Source: Candidatus Hodarchaeota archaeon (GTDB lineage Archaea > Asgardarchaeota > Heimdallarchaeia > Hodarchaeales > Hodarchaeaceae). Taken from it: a stretch of 32,000 bases of DNA. Every line of letters begins with the position of its first letter. Within the stretch, counting starts at the first letter, position 1. The position numbers and the translations under genes were made by a program. The stretch spans positions 52,116 through 84,115 of the forward strand of contig JAEOTM010000066.1 in the NCBI GenBank assembly GCA_016839815.1, given 5' to 3'. The notes beneath the pieces were generated by a model. It saw only the letters and a list, made by a program, of their open reading frames with translations. It had not been told where the DNA came from and ran no database searches. Shown here piece after piece: positions 19,843 through 28,365 of the stretch.

Positions 19843-20469
19843 CTAGGAAACGTTGATTCTAGTACCTGATTGTTCCAAACATTTTTCTTTTGTCAGTTCA
19901 ACCTCAAGAACGCCATTCTTGAATTTGGCGGATGCAGATTCAGGAATAATTTCACAGGGAAGGTCAACTTCTTTGTAGTACTTTCGTCGGTGATCCTCTG
20001 ATTCGGCCTGAATTAAAAGACTTTTATCAGTAGCTGATAGATCAACATTTTCTTTTTTTACGCCAGGGATTTCGGCAATAACTCGTAAGACTTCTGTATC
20101 CTCAATAACATCCACAAGAGGTTCACGTTCAGGAGAAGGTCTATATTGACTTTTTCCAGATTCTACTTTCTGTGGAGTATTGCCAAATCTTTCAATACGG
20201 GGACGGCCATCTGGGCCATTCGTCATTCGAAACCCCCATACAAATCCTGGAGTGTTGCCAAGATCACCCTTAGAGGATATGAAATTAAATCTTCGCAACA
20301 AATCTTCAATGAATACGTCCATGGTATCAAAAACATTTTCGAAATCAAAACCAGCTCCGAATTGATTCATGAAATGGTTAATGAAGTCGTCGAATGGGTT
20401 TTCATTTCGTCGTCTCCGCCTTGGAAAGCGGTCATCATCATCATAATTATCTCCTGTTGAATTAGGCAT
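19843..20469 (-). CDS. hsp20: Small heat-shock protein (Hsp20/alpha-crystallin) with an acidic/basic N-terminal extension
   Basis: The alpha-crystallin domain reads PLVDVIEDTEVLRVIAEIPGVKKENVDLSATDKSLLIQAE...KFKNGVLEVELTK. Confidence 0.85.
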   Translation of the reverse strand: MPNSTGDNYDDDDRFPRRRRRNENPFDDFINHFMNQFGAGFDFENVFDTMDVFIEDLLRRFNFISSKGDLGNTPGFVWGFRMTNGPDGRPRIERFGNTPQKVESGKSQYRPSPEREPLVDVIEDTEVLRVIAEIPGVKKENVDLSATDKSLLIQAESEDHRRKYYKEVDLPCEIIPESASAKFKNGVLEVELTKEKCLEQSGTRINVS

Positions 20470-20530
20470 TATGCTTATCTTCCGTATTAATAATATGTAT
20501 TCAAATAGCTCAAATAAAACATGGTTTTTA

Positions 20531-20562
20531 AATTTTATTCACATGGGATAATTTTATTCACA
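20531..20562. promoter_or_regulatory. Two copies of a 13-nt direct repeat AATTTTATTCACA (20531-20543 and 20550-20562) in the hsp20 upstream region
   Basis: The repeat is exact, with a 19-nt period. In hsp20 orientation it reads GTGAATAAAATT twice, and the promoter-proximal copy abuts a TTTAAAAA TATA-like box. Confidence 0.4.
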
Positions 20563-20767
20563 ACTCGTGATGAAATTAAATCTGTCTTTAGAAGGTCAAT
20601 AACGGAAAAATTTTCCTAATCGGCCTTATCGGGAGAATTAGGAGTAGTATAATCTCTATTTACAGAAATTCTTGTTCCTTATTTTCGAATATTTTTTATA
20701 GCTTCCATCTGTTTGTGATCCTATACAAATGCCCTTTACTCTTATCTAGATTCATGAGGTACATCCA

Positions 20768-21529
20768 ATGGAAAGTCCAAAATCTGCAGAAGAAATACGA
20801 AAAATTGAACTTACTTTAGAGGAATTAGTCAAAAAATTCCAAAGCAGGGTTCAATTAATACGAGATGACTTAAAATCTCTAATAAATGAACTTGAATCAT
20901 TAAGAACTCATATTGGAGATATCAGAAGGACATCAAATGAACACACCAGAGAAATCTCCGATTTAACAAATGATAATCAAGCCCTATTAAATGAAATAAC
21001 GGAAATTGAAAAAGAAATCATGTCACATGAATCGAACCTAAATTTACATAATGAAAAACTCTCTGAATTCCAATCCCGATTAACAACTGATCATAATCAC
21101 TTAACAGGACTAGAATCCGAAAAAACATCTTTGTCCACCATATTAAAGACTGATAAGGATGAGCTTCTCACTCTAAGAAAAAAGTATGACGAATTACAGC
21201 CTGTTTATGATTCAAAAATTCAAAAAATCCAAGAGCGATGTGACCGTCTAAGGAATGACAAAGATATGCTCACATTCAAGTTTAAGGCCATCAGAATATT
21301 GAGCCAGTCTTATTTACAAACTCCAGAGGTGAACTTGGTAAGATTTTTAGCTAACAAACCAAGTCCCACTTCTACGATTGTAGAGGTCAGATCAGCATTA
21401 GGGATCGATCCAGATTCTCTAAAAACTATTTTATCAAAACTAGCCAAAAGAAACGTTCTTAAATTTGACTCAGTGGTTGAAACTATAGAACTAAGTGAGA
21501 AGATAGACTTATTTGAGAAGGAGGTATGA
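20768..21529 (+). CDS. Coiled-coil protein with C-terminal winged-helix domain (paralog A)
   Basis: About 170 aa of heptad-rich sequence (E/K/L/N/S-rich). The C-terminal HTH-like segment is LVRFLANKPSPTSTIVEVRSALGIDPDSLKTILSKLAKRNVLKF. Confidence 0.6.
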   Translation: MESPKSAEEIRKIELTLEELVKKFQSRVQLIRDDLKSLINELESLRTHIGDIRRTSNEHTREISDLTNDNQALLNEITEIEKEIMSHESNLNLHNEKLSEFQSRLTTDHNHLTGLESEKTSLSTILKTDKDELLTLRKKYDELQPVYDSKIQKIQERCDRLRNDKDMLTFKFKAIRILSQSYLQTPEVNLVRFLANKPSPTSTIVEVRSALGIDPDSLKTILSKLAKRNVLKFDSVVETIELSEKIDLFEKEV

Positions 21530-22267
21530 ATGATGGATACAGATACAATTCGAGAAAAATATATTCGTAGTGACGAAGCTTTAACCCGACTTAAAGACGA
21601 TATTTCCCAGTTAATCTTCGCTCGTTCCCAAGACTTGAAAAGTACACAGGAATACCTTGAAACTCTGATAAAAGAAAAAGAAGCTGTTGATGCTGACATA
21701 AAACAACAAGAAGTAAAGATAGCCTCACTCAAAGATGAGATTACTAGTAATAAAAATTTGATTCAAAATTTAAAACAAAAACAGGCAAAGGTCATTGATG
21801 AAGAACAAAACAAAGAGATGCGAATACGGGATCTAGATAGGGAACTGAAAACTGTAGAAACGAATTCAGGAACCATCAAAAAAGAAATTGAGAAGATTAA
21901 ATTGGACGTAGATAACACAAAAATCGCTATTTCGGATTATGGGATGAAGATTCAGAATATTGAATCAAGATTATCAGAAGAAGTTCAAGAGAAGGAGGAA
22001 GAATGGACGAATTTATCTCAAGAGATCAAGGAAATTCAGGAAGAAAATGGAATCCTCTCATTTCTACTGGAAGAATCAGCTGAAGATATTCCAGAGGTTG
22101 ATATACTAGCTGAATTAATGAGAAAAGGAAGAATTACCATGGATGAATTAAAAAAATCCCTAGAGGGACGCACTTCACCTGTAATCATAACTAGGACCAT
22201 CGGGCGTATGATGGAAAAAGGTCTAATTTCATTCCATCAAACAAATGAAACTTATAGTGCAAATTAA
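21530..22267 (+). CDS. Coiled-coil protein with C-terminal winged-helix domain (paralog B)
   Basis: Same architecture as paralog A. The C-terminus is ILAELMRKGRITMDELKKSLEGRTSPVIITRTIGRMMEKGLISF. The ATG immediately follows the TGA of paralog A, with GAAGGAGGT 6-8 nt upstream. Confidence 0.6.
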   Translation: MMDTDTIREKYIRSDEALTRLKDDISQLIFARSQDLKSTQEYLETLIKEKEAVDADIKQQEVKIASLKDEITSNKNLIQNLKQKQAKVIDEEQNKEMRIRDLDRELKTVETNSGTIKKEIEKIKLDVDNTKIAISDYGMKIQNIESRLSEEVQEKEEEWTNLSQEIKEIQEENGILSFLLEESAEDIPEVDILAELMRKGRITMDELKKSLEGRTSPVIITRTIGRMMEKGLISFHQTNETYSAN

Positions 22268-22366
22268 TAAGAACCGGGATCTCGAAGTCAGTTACTGGAG
22301 TTTCCCCAAAAGAGTCCAGAACTCAGTATTAAACTTAAAAATGGAAAATGGAGTTTTGAAACGAAA

Positions 22367-23377
22367 TTGTGGGACTTTTATAGGGAATTAAAATCTGGGA
22401 AACTTCAATGCACCGCCTGTCCGCGCTTATGTCAACTTGTGGACAATGAAGTAGGATGGTGTGGAGCTCGTGTCCGTCAAGGGGAAAAAATTAATCCTAG
22501 AACCTATGGTTTAATACATGGAAGATTAGCGGAGGATCCAATAGAAAAAAAGCCACTTTATCATTTCTTTCCAGGGGAAAAGATTCTTTCTTTTGGATCT
22601 TATGGATGTAATCTAGGATGTTTACATTGTCAAAATTACCATATTTCAATGCAGAAAGAAAAGAGCGATATATCAAAGCTAATTAAAATGTCTCCAAATG
22701 AAATAGTTAAGGAATCTTTGACTAGAAATATGAAATTAATTGCCTCCACATATAATGAGCCAATGATAGCATTTGAATATGTCCGAGATATTGCCAACCT
22801 AGCACATGATCATAATATAAAAATGGTAGTTGTAGATAACGGATACATTACTAGAAAATTAGCTGAAGCTTTTTCTTCTCTAATTGATGCAGCAAATATT
22901 GATATTAAAGGATTTTCTTCTGATTTTTACAAGGAAATTTGCGATGCTCCCTCTTGGAAACCTATATTGCGTACATGTGAAATTTTCCACAAACAAGGAG
23001 TACATTTAGAGCTCACAAATCTTGTAATTCCTACAAAAAATGATTCTGATGACATGATTCGGGAGATGTGTGAATGGATTTGTGAAAAACTTAGTCCTTT
23101 GGTTCCACTTCACTTCTCTGCTTTTCGACCTGATTATAAATTAAATCATTTACCATATACTCCAATACAAACACTTGAAAAAGCGATGAAGATTGCTTTT
23201 AATGTGGGTTTAAAATACGTTTACATTGGAAATGTTCCAGGACACAAAGGTAATCATACATATTGCCATAATTGTGATAAGCTTGTAATCAAAAGAGAAA
23301 GATATTACACTAATATCATTGGACTCCAACAAGATTTTTGTTCATCATGTGGAACACAGTTACCTGTTAGAGTCTAA
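22367..23377 (+). CDS. AmmeMemoRadiSam-system-type radical SAM enzyme (PflA-activase-like)
   Basis: The N-terminal Cys motif is CTACPRLC...WCGAR. The radical SAM CxxxCxxC motif is CNLGCLHC. A C-terminal CHNC...CSSC cluster is present. TTG start as listed. Confidence 0.7.
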   Translation: MWDFYRELKSGKLQCTACPRLCQLVDNEVGWCGARVRQGEKINPRTYGLIHGRLAEDPIEKKPLYHFFPGEKILSFGSYGCNLGCLHCQNYHISMQKEKSDISKLIKMSPNEIVKESLTRNMKLIASTYNEPMIAFEYVRDIANLAHDHNIKMVVVDNGYITRKLAEAFSSLIDAANIDIKGFSSDFYKEICDAPSWKPILRTCEIFHKQGVHLELTNLVIPTKNDSDDMIREMCEWICEKLSPLVPLHFSAFRPDYKLNHLPYTPIQTLEKAMKIAFNVGLKYVYIGNVPGHKGNHTYCHNCDKLVIKRERYYTNIIGLQQDFCSSCGTQLPVRV

Positions 23378-23389
23378 ATTTTTAATAAT

Positions 23390-23836
23390 TCATTCGTCTG
23401 GTTTAATTGTGAAAAATAAATGCTCAATTCTGCCTTTTAAAAATGTAAAAGATTCAATCTTATCTGGATGGACTCCAATGAGCCAGATATAGGGATATGG
23501 CCACAACTTCATGAATTTTTTATCTTTTCTTGAGGGTAAAGTAGAGTTTCCTTGTGGATGAGAATGGAAGAATCCAATTAAATTTTTAGATCTCCTGAGA
23601 TATCTAGTGATGTAATTTACTAGACTTCCATAATCAATAGAAAAACTTGATGGTGAAGCATCTAGGTTTCTCATTTCCTCAAAGTTATCAATTCTTATCT
23701 TAAAATCAGTTAATTCCCCAAAAAGAATTCCTACCTGCTCAATTTGGTTATCTACTTTTAACAATTCTCTGATTGAAAAATAGATTGATTCTGTGAGCTC
23801 CAATTCAGCAATAGGCATTTTATTTTCGCATTTCAA
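23390..23836 (-). CDS. JAB1/MPN/Mov34 (JAMM) metalloprotease
   Basis: An upstream Glu lies in EQVGILFGE. The JAMM motif is FFHSHPQGNSTLPSRKD (HxH...SxxD). It is a small stand-alone 148 aa protein. Confidence 0.7.
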   Translation of the reverse strand: MKCENKMPIAELELTESIYFSIRELLKVDNQIEQVGILFGELTDFKIRIDNFEEMRNLDASPSSFSIDYGSLVNYITRYLRRSKNLIGFFHSHPQGNSTLPSRKDKKFMKLWPYPYIWLIGVHPDKIESFTFLKGRIEHLFFTIKPDE

Positions 23837-23855
23837 TAACTAAAACTGTGTTGAA

Positions 23856-25229
23856 TTACATTTGAACAGTATCATGAGAGGTTAATGTCTTAACCTCGAA
23901 TCCAAGATTTCTTACTGCTGCAGCATAATACTCTTGTGCACTGGGTTCACCGTGGACAGCATATATTTTTTGTGGGGAAGAATACTGGACCATCTGAACC
24001 AACCCCTCTAAGGAGGAATGCCCTGAAAACTGGAATTTTTGAACCTCAAGATCAAGAGAAACATCAAAAATTTGTCCAAAACCGTTATCCAATTCAAGGT
24101 TCTTCTCACCTCTCGCGATATCAGACCCTAATGTCCCATCAACTTGATAACCGACAATATACAGACCATTTTTTTTATCATTTCCACCCATTCGAAGGTA
24201 GTCATAAACAGGCCCTCCTTCCATCATTCCAGATGTAGTCAATATTATACTTTGCTGTTCACGGTCAATCAATAACTCACGCTTCTTGAATCGCTTCATT
24301 CTCATTGCCACATCATCAATAGTGTGAATTCCTTCGTGATCGAAAGGAGTTCTGTATCCTTTATCCTTAAGCTCTATTAAAATACGTGGAGAAACCCATT
24401 TTTCGTTCATATATCGCTCATAGACAGCATTCATGTCAAGAATCATACCATCTACATAAAGGGGGAATTTATGAAGAAATGAATCGAAATCACTTGCTAG
24501 ATAAGCCTGAATTTCCTGTGAACGACCAAGAGCAAAAGAGGGGATAATCGCTTTACCACCCCGAGAGTAACAACCTAGTAATGATTTTGTAAGATTAGCA
24601 GTAACTGTCTTTCGTCCCTCAATCCTTCTATTAGCGTTGGTTGTTTCAGTTATCAGAATATCAATCGGATCATCTGGGTCTGGAAATTGAATGGGATCAT
24701 GATATGGTGTTTTTGCATCATTGTAATCCCCAGTGTACAAAATACGCGTCCCCTCCCAATCAAGGAGAATGATCGCACTCCCCAATATGTGACTTGCATC
24801 AAGAAATTCAGCAGTAATCCCGTTCGTGATTTTAAATTTCCTACGATAATTGTGAGTTTCAACTTTCATCAAAGCTGTCTGTAAGTGTGAAATACCATAA
24901 TGATGAGGACCTTCTATCTTTAAATGATCTTTCCAAAGAATATGTACAATATCCTTGGTTGGAGTGGTCATATGGATAGGCCCATGGTATCCAGCGCGGT
25001 ATAGAGCTGGAGTATATCCGGAATGATCAATATGAGCATGAGAAATAAGCACCGCATCGGTATCCTCAGCATATTTATCGACCTCAGGGGGGGTAGAGAC
25101 ACGGCCAGTTCTTCGGGGATGTAATTGAATTCCAGCGTCAAGAACCACTCTTCGATGGTCATTATCAGAAATCATGACACAGGATTTTCCTACAGAGTCA
25201 GATGCGCCGAGTATACTAATTTCTAACAT
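23856..25229 (-). CDS. beta-CASP metallo-beta-lactamase ribonuclease (aCPSF2-like, no KH domains)
   Basis: LGASDSVGKSCVMI...VVLDAGI...DAVLISHAHIDHSGYTPALY...GPIHMTTPT is typical of the family. The C-terminal motif is FSGHSS...AVHGEP. Confidence 0.75.
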   Translation of the reverse strand: MLEISILGASDSVGKSCVMISDNDHRRVVLDAGIQLHPRRTGRVSTPPEVDKYAEDTDAVLISHAHIDHSGYTPALYRAGYHGPIHMTTPTKDIVHILWKDHLKIEGPHHYGISHLQTALMKVETHNYRRKFKITNGITAEFLDASHILGSAIILLDWEGTRILYTGDYNDAKTPYHDPIQFPDPDDPIDILITETTNANRRIEGRKTVTANLTKSLLGCYSRGGKAIIPSFALGRSQEIQAYLASDFDSFLHKFPLYVDGMILDMNAVYERYMNEKWVSPRILIELKDKGYRTPFDHEGIHTIDDVAMRMKRFKKRELLIDREQQSIILTTSGMMEGGPVYDYLRMGGNDKKNGLYIVGYQVDGTLGSDIARGEKNLELDNGFGQIFDVSLDLEVQKFQFSGHSSLEGLVQMVQYSSPQKIYAVHGEPSAQEYYAAAVRNLGFEVKTLTSHDTVQM

Positions 25230-25410
25230 ATTTCATCATTTATTTCAATTCATGATATGTATTTGTTATTCATTTACTGATTTCCAATAAGGAAAATTCA
25301 TTATAAACGCAGAACTAATTATTACTGCAGTGATTGTCTGATCCTAAAAGAACTCTTCCGAGAGGTAAAACACTTTAAGATAGAATTTTTCATTCATTCA
25401 TAGAGTAATC

Positions 25411-26124
25411 ATGATTTCAGACTTACAAGAAATTTCGATTTCTGCAATAGTACTTGGTGTGGTTATCCTTTTTCTAGGCTCTCTTCTAGATATTCCAGAC
25501 CTTTATAGCATAGGATTTTTAATCTTCGCATTAGGCTTAATTGGAATTATCATTCAGTGGATTGCAAGCGGAGGTGTTATTGAAATTTTAAATTGGCTTC
25601 CAGTAATCCTTATCTTCACCATCATAACCTCATTAGGAAGTGATTTTGTGTCTCAATCAAGTACAACACAAGCTCTAACGTGGCCGTCAGTTGGGATTGT
25701 TTTAATAGTAATAGTCTTCTTTATCGTGATTCAAGGTGGGGATTTTACATTTTTGATGCAATTTTTACCTGTAATTATCGGTATAAGCCTTCTTGGTTTA
25801 GTATTCGGTCAAGTGGTCTGGGAAGACGCATTTAGAGGATTAGCTTATAGTATTGGGATGCTTGGAATTATTACTTTACTTCTATGGTTGAATATTCGAA
25901 AATCTCAACAACAGCCCCCAGTAACAGGAGAATTATCAACAATTATAGACGAAAATGGTATAGCGATAACTGATATTTCTCATACACATGAGGGAAAAGT
26001 GAAAATTGGAACAACCATTTGGAGAGCAACAAGTGATACAATTATTCGTGAAGGAGAACGTGTACGGGTTATAGGGACTGGAGAAAGAAATCTTGTATTA
26101 AAGGTGCGTAATGAGAAATCATAA
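25411..26124 (+). CDS. NfeD-family membrane protein (C-terminal OB-fold)
   Basis: Several TM helices are followed by GKVKIGTTIWRATSDTIIREGERVRVIGTGERNLVLKV, the typical NfeD OB domain. Confidence 0.7.
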   Translation: MISDLQEISISAIVLGVVILFLGSLLDIPDLYSIGFLIFALGLIGIIIQWIASGGVIEILNWLPVILIFTIITSLGSDFVSQSSTTQALTWPSVGIVLIVIVFFIVIQGGDFTFLMQFLPVIIGISLLGLVFGQVVWEDAFRGLAYSIGMLGIITLLLWLNIRKSQQQPPVTGELSTIIDENGIAITDISHTHEGKVKIGTTIWRATSDTIIREGERVRVIGTGERNLVLKVRNEKS

Positions 26125-26264
26125 AGAGGTCATTTTTTAATTTTCTTTGTGGATAATTTATTTGAAATACGGATATTGAACAATCCTCGCTAAGTGAGCT
26201 ACAATCAAGTATTAAAAATTGCATCATACTAATTCTAAAAGTATTCAGAATTAAAGAAAAAAAT

Positions 26265-26341
26265 GGGCCGGTGGTCTAGCCCGGTATGACGCTAGTCTCA
26301 CACACTAGAAGTCGGTAGTTCAAATCTGCCTCGGCCCACCA
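26265..26341 (+). tRNA. tRNA-Val(CAC), no intron, CCA encoded
   Basis: Acceptor GGGCCGG/TCGGCCC. Anticodon stem CTAGT/ACTAG with loop C-T-CAC-A-C. T arm GGTAG-TTCAAAT-CTGCC. Discriminator A, then CCA. Confidence 0.9.
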
Positions 26342-26480
26342 TTCTTACTACTTTCATACTCTTCGGACAGATCAGTATATTCACTGATTAAGATTTAAGG
26401 GGGTTATTTACTTGGATTAATCATTTTTTCCTTAGAAAGGATCCAAATTTATTTTACCTTCGTTCACGAATTATGGGTCG

Positions 26481-27563
26481 ATGGATATATCTGATAAACC
26501 AAAGTTCTTCAATTCAGATTGGATTCTAATAATATTTTTTCTCATTATTTATCCTTTAGTAATTGGAGCGACCTTAGTTCACCTTTTGAATTTATCTAAT
26601 GAGAAAATATCTCAATTACTTGTAGTCAATATAATTGTGCTTGTGTTCTTATGTGTTTCCCTCTATCTCTATCAATCTATGTTTCGCAAACTCACTTTTT
26701 ATGCTAATTTAGTTGATTTCTATCATTTTACTCCCTCCTTGACTGATCTTTTCATTCACTTGATAAAACAGGTTTATTACGTAATATTTCTTGGATTAAT
26801 CCTTTCATTTTTCTTAGGATTCTTGATTTCAAATTCAGACCTAGGATTAACAACTATAGTAATATATTCTATTGGAATATCTCTGTTCCTAGAGAGTTTT
26901 TTAGTTGTTATTCGGATGAGAGATAAAATAGCCCTGATTAATACCGCCCAAGAACCTGTAAAATCGGATATCATCCAAGAAATTAACCAAGGGTTTCCTG
27001 AAAGTTTGAAAATAAGTGAATACCGTTTTGCAGATATTCAAATACCATCATTATTTCTTTCAGCTGGAGTAATGACTAATGGTATTAATAGTTATATTTG
27101 TTTGGTTTCTAGATATTTCAATTGGAAATTAACTGGTGAAGAGTTGATTGCTGTTCTACTTCACGAAGTAGGTCATGTCACAAACAACCACATACACAAA
27201 ACATATCTAATCATTGGAACAGAAGTATTTTTGAGATCAATCAGAATTTTTATTGTAACTTACTTGCTATTGATCTTTTTTGGTCCGCTAGAGGCTTTCA
27301 AAATTGATCTTTTTTCAATTCTGTTTCTCATTCTTACGATAAGTGTATTTCTTACATCAGCGTTTTTGACTTTTACACTAAAATTTCGATCTTATCTGGC
27401 AGAGATCTGGGCTGATGAATTCTCTGCAAAAAGGGTGGGTAGTCAAGAATTGGCAGATATTTTGCGTAAATTGCCCCAATTAATACCATCCCCACTAGTA
27501 TATGACCAATCTTCCTTTTTGGGATTCAGAGTTAATTTACTAAGACATTCAGTAGAGAAATGA
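26481..27563 (+). CDS. M48-family (HtpX/Ste24-like) integral membrane zinc metalloprotease
   Basis: The HExxH motif is LLHEVGHVTNNH. The downstream Glu motif is EIWADEF. There are multiple TM helices on both sides. Confidence 0.7.
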   Translation: MDISDKPKFFNSDWILIIFFLIIYPLVIGATLVHLLNLSNEKISQLLVVNIIVLVFLCVSLYLYQSMFRKLTFYANLVDFYHFTPSLTDLFIHLIKQVYYVIFLGLILSFFLGFLISNSDLGLTTIVIYSIGISLFLESFLVVIRMRDKIALINTAQEPVKSDIIQEINQGFPESLKISEYRFADIQIPSLFLSAGVMTNGINSYICLVSRYFNWKLTGEELIAVLLHEVGHVTNNHIHKTYLIIGTEVFLRSIRIFIVTYLLLIFFGPLEAFKIDLFSILFLILTISVFLTSAFLTFTLKFRSYLAEIWADEFSAKRVGSQELADILRKLPQLIPSPLVYDQSSFLGFRVNLLRHSVEK

Positions 27564-27567
27564 TAAA

Positions 27568-28317
27568 TTAATCAATTATGGTAATTTGTGTCTCGTCTAT
27601 TCCTAATGATGTGAGAAGAGATGAAAGGAACTCTTCAAAGAAACATCCGTTCTTCTCAATTTTACAAAAGTAGCAGCTCTTACAGTGGAGAAAATACTGG
27701 AGATCTTCTCTCTTCACATGTTCTCCATCTAATTGCATGATTAATTGATCAATTCTTGCTAAGACGAAATTTTGGCCGTTAGATAATGCTTGCTTAAAGG
27801 AATCATGGTTTTTTTCTAGGAGTCGATTCCCGATTTTTCGTCCCAGAGTATCTAGGCTTTCCTGAAAATACTCTTCCTCTGTGAGTAATCCATCTTCGAT
27901 TAGGAATTGAAGAAGAGTTATTTTCTTCCCTAACGGAAGAAGGATCTCATCTGCATCCTTAGTAAATGATTCAAAGATTGATATATCGACGACTTCACGT
28001 TGCCACATCACTTCTGGAAATCTTATAAAAAATCGTTCTAATAGAGAGTCAATTTCCTTTTCACACCATTGGGGATTTATTGTGGATTCTATGAATATCA
28101 CAAAAAGAAGGGGGTGTTCTCGCTTTTTAAAGAAGAGTGAAACCTTGGACATCTGCAAGATGTCTATTGCATCGTTTTCGACCGCAGTAGCATAATTGTA
28201 TAATGCACTTATTAGACCTGATCTAAGAATGATATCAGTTGAATTTCCTGTCTGATACTTTCTATGGAATAAGACCGTACCTGATTCATGAATACAGAGA
28301 AATTCTCTAATTATCAT
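27568..28317 (-). CDS. Longin/roadblock-like domain protein with C-terminal Cys cluster
   Basis: The N-terminal 100 aa show a beta-beta-alpha-beta-beta-alpha pattern: IIREFLCIHESGTVLFHRKY / DIILRSGLISALYNYATAV / IDILQMSKVSLFFKK / LLFVIFIES / EKEIDSLLERFFIRF. The C-terminus carries HCKSCYFCKIEKNGC. The fold call is pattern-based. Confidence 0.45.
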   Translation of the reverse strand: MIIREFLCIHESGTVLFHRKYQTGNSTDIILRSGLISALYNYATAVENDAIDILQMSKVSLFFKKREHPLLFVIFIESTINPQWCEKEIDSLLERFFIRFPEVMWQREVVDISIFESFTKDADEILLPLGKKITLLQFLIEDGLLTEEEYFQESLDTLGRKIGNRLLEKNHDSFKQALSNGQNFVLARIDQLIMQLDGEHVKREDLQYFLHCKSCYFCKIEKNGCFFEEFLSSLLTSLGIDETQITIID

Positions 28318-28365
28318 AGGTTATACCTCATTTCTTGGAGAATTACCCAAGAAATTATACGTAAG

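Noticed and set aside
20569-20575. GTGATGA, a C-box-like heptamer in the hsp20 intergenic region. The weaker TGATGA at 7045-7050 was also noted. Both were considered as C/D box sRNA candidates.
   Set aside because: No CTGA D box or terminal stem lies at the required 45-70 nt distance.
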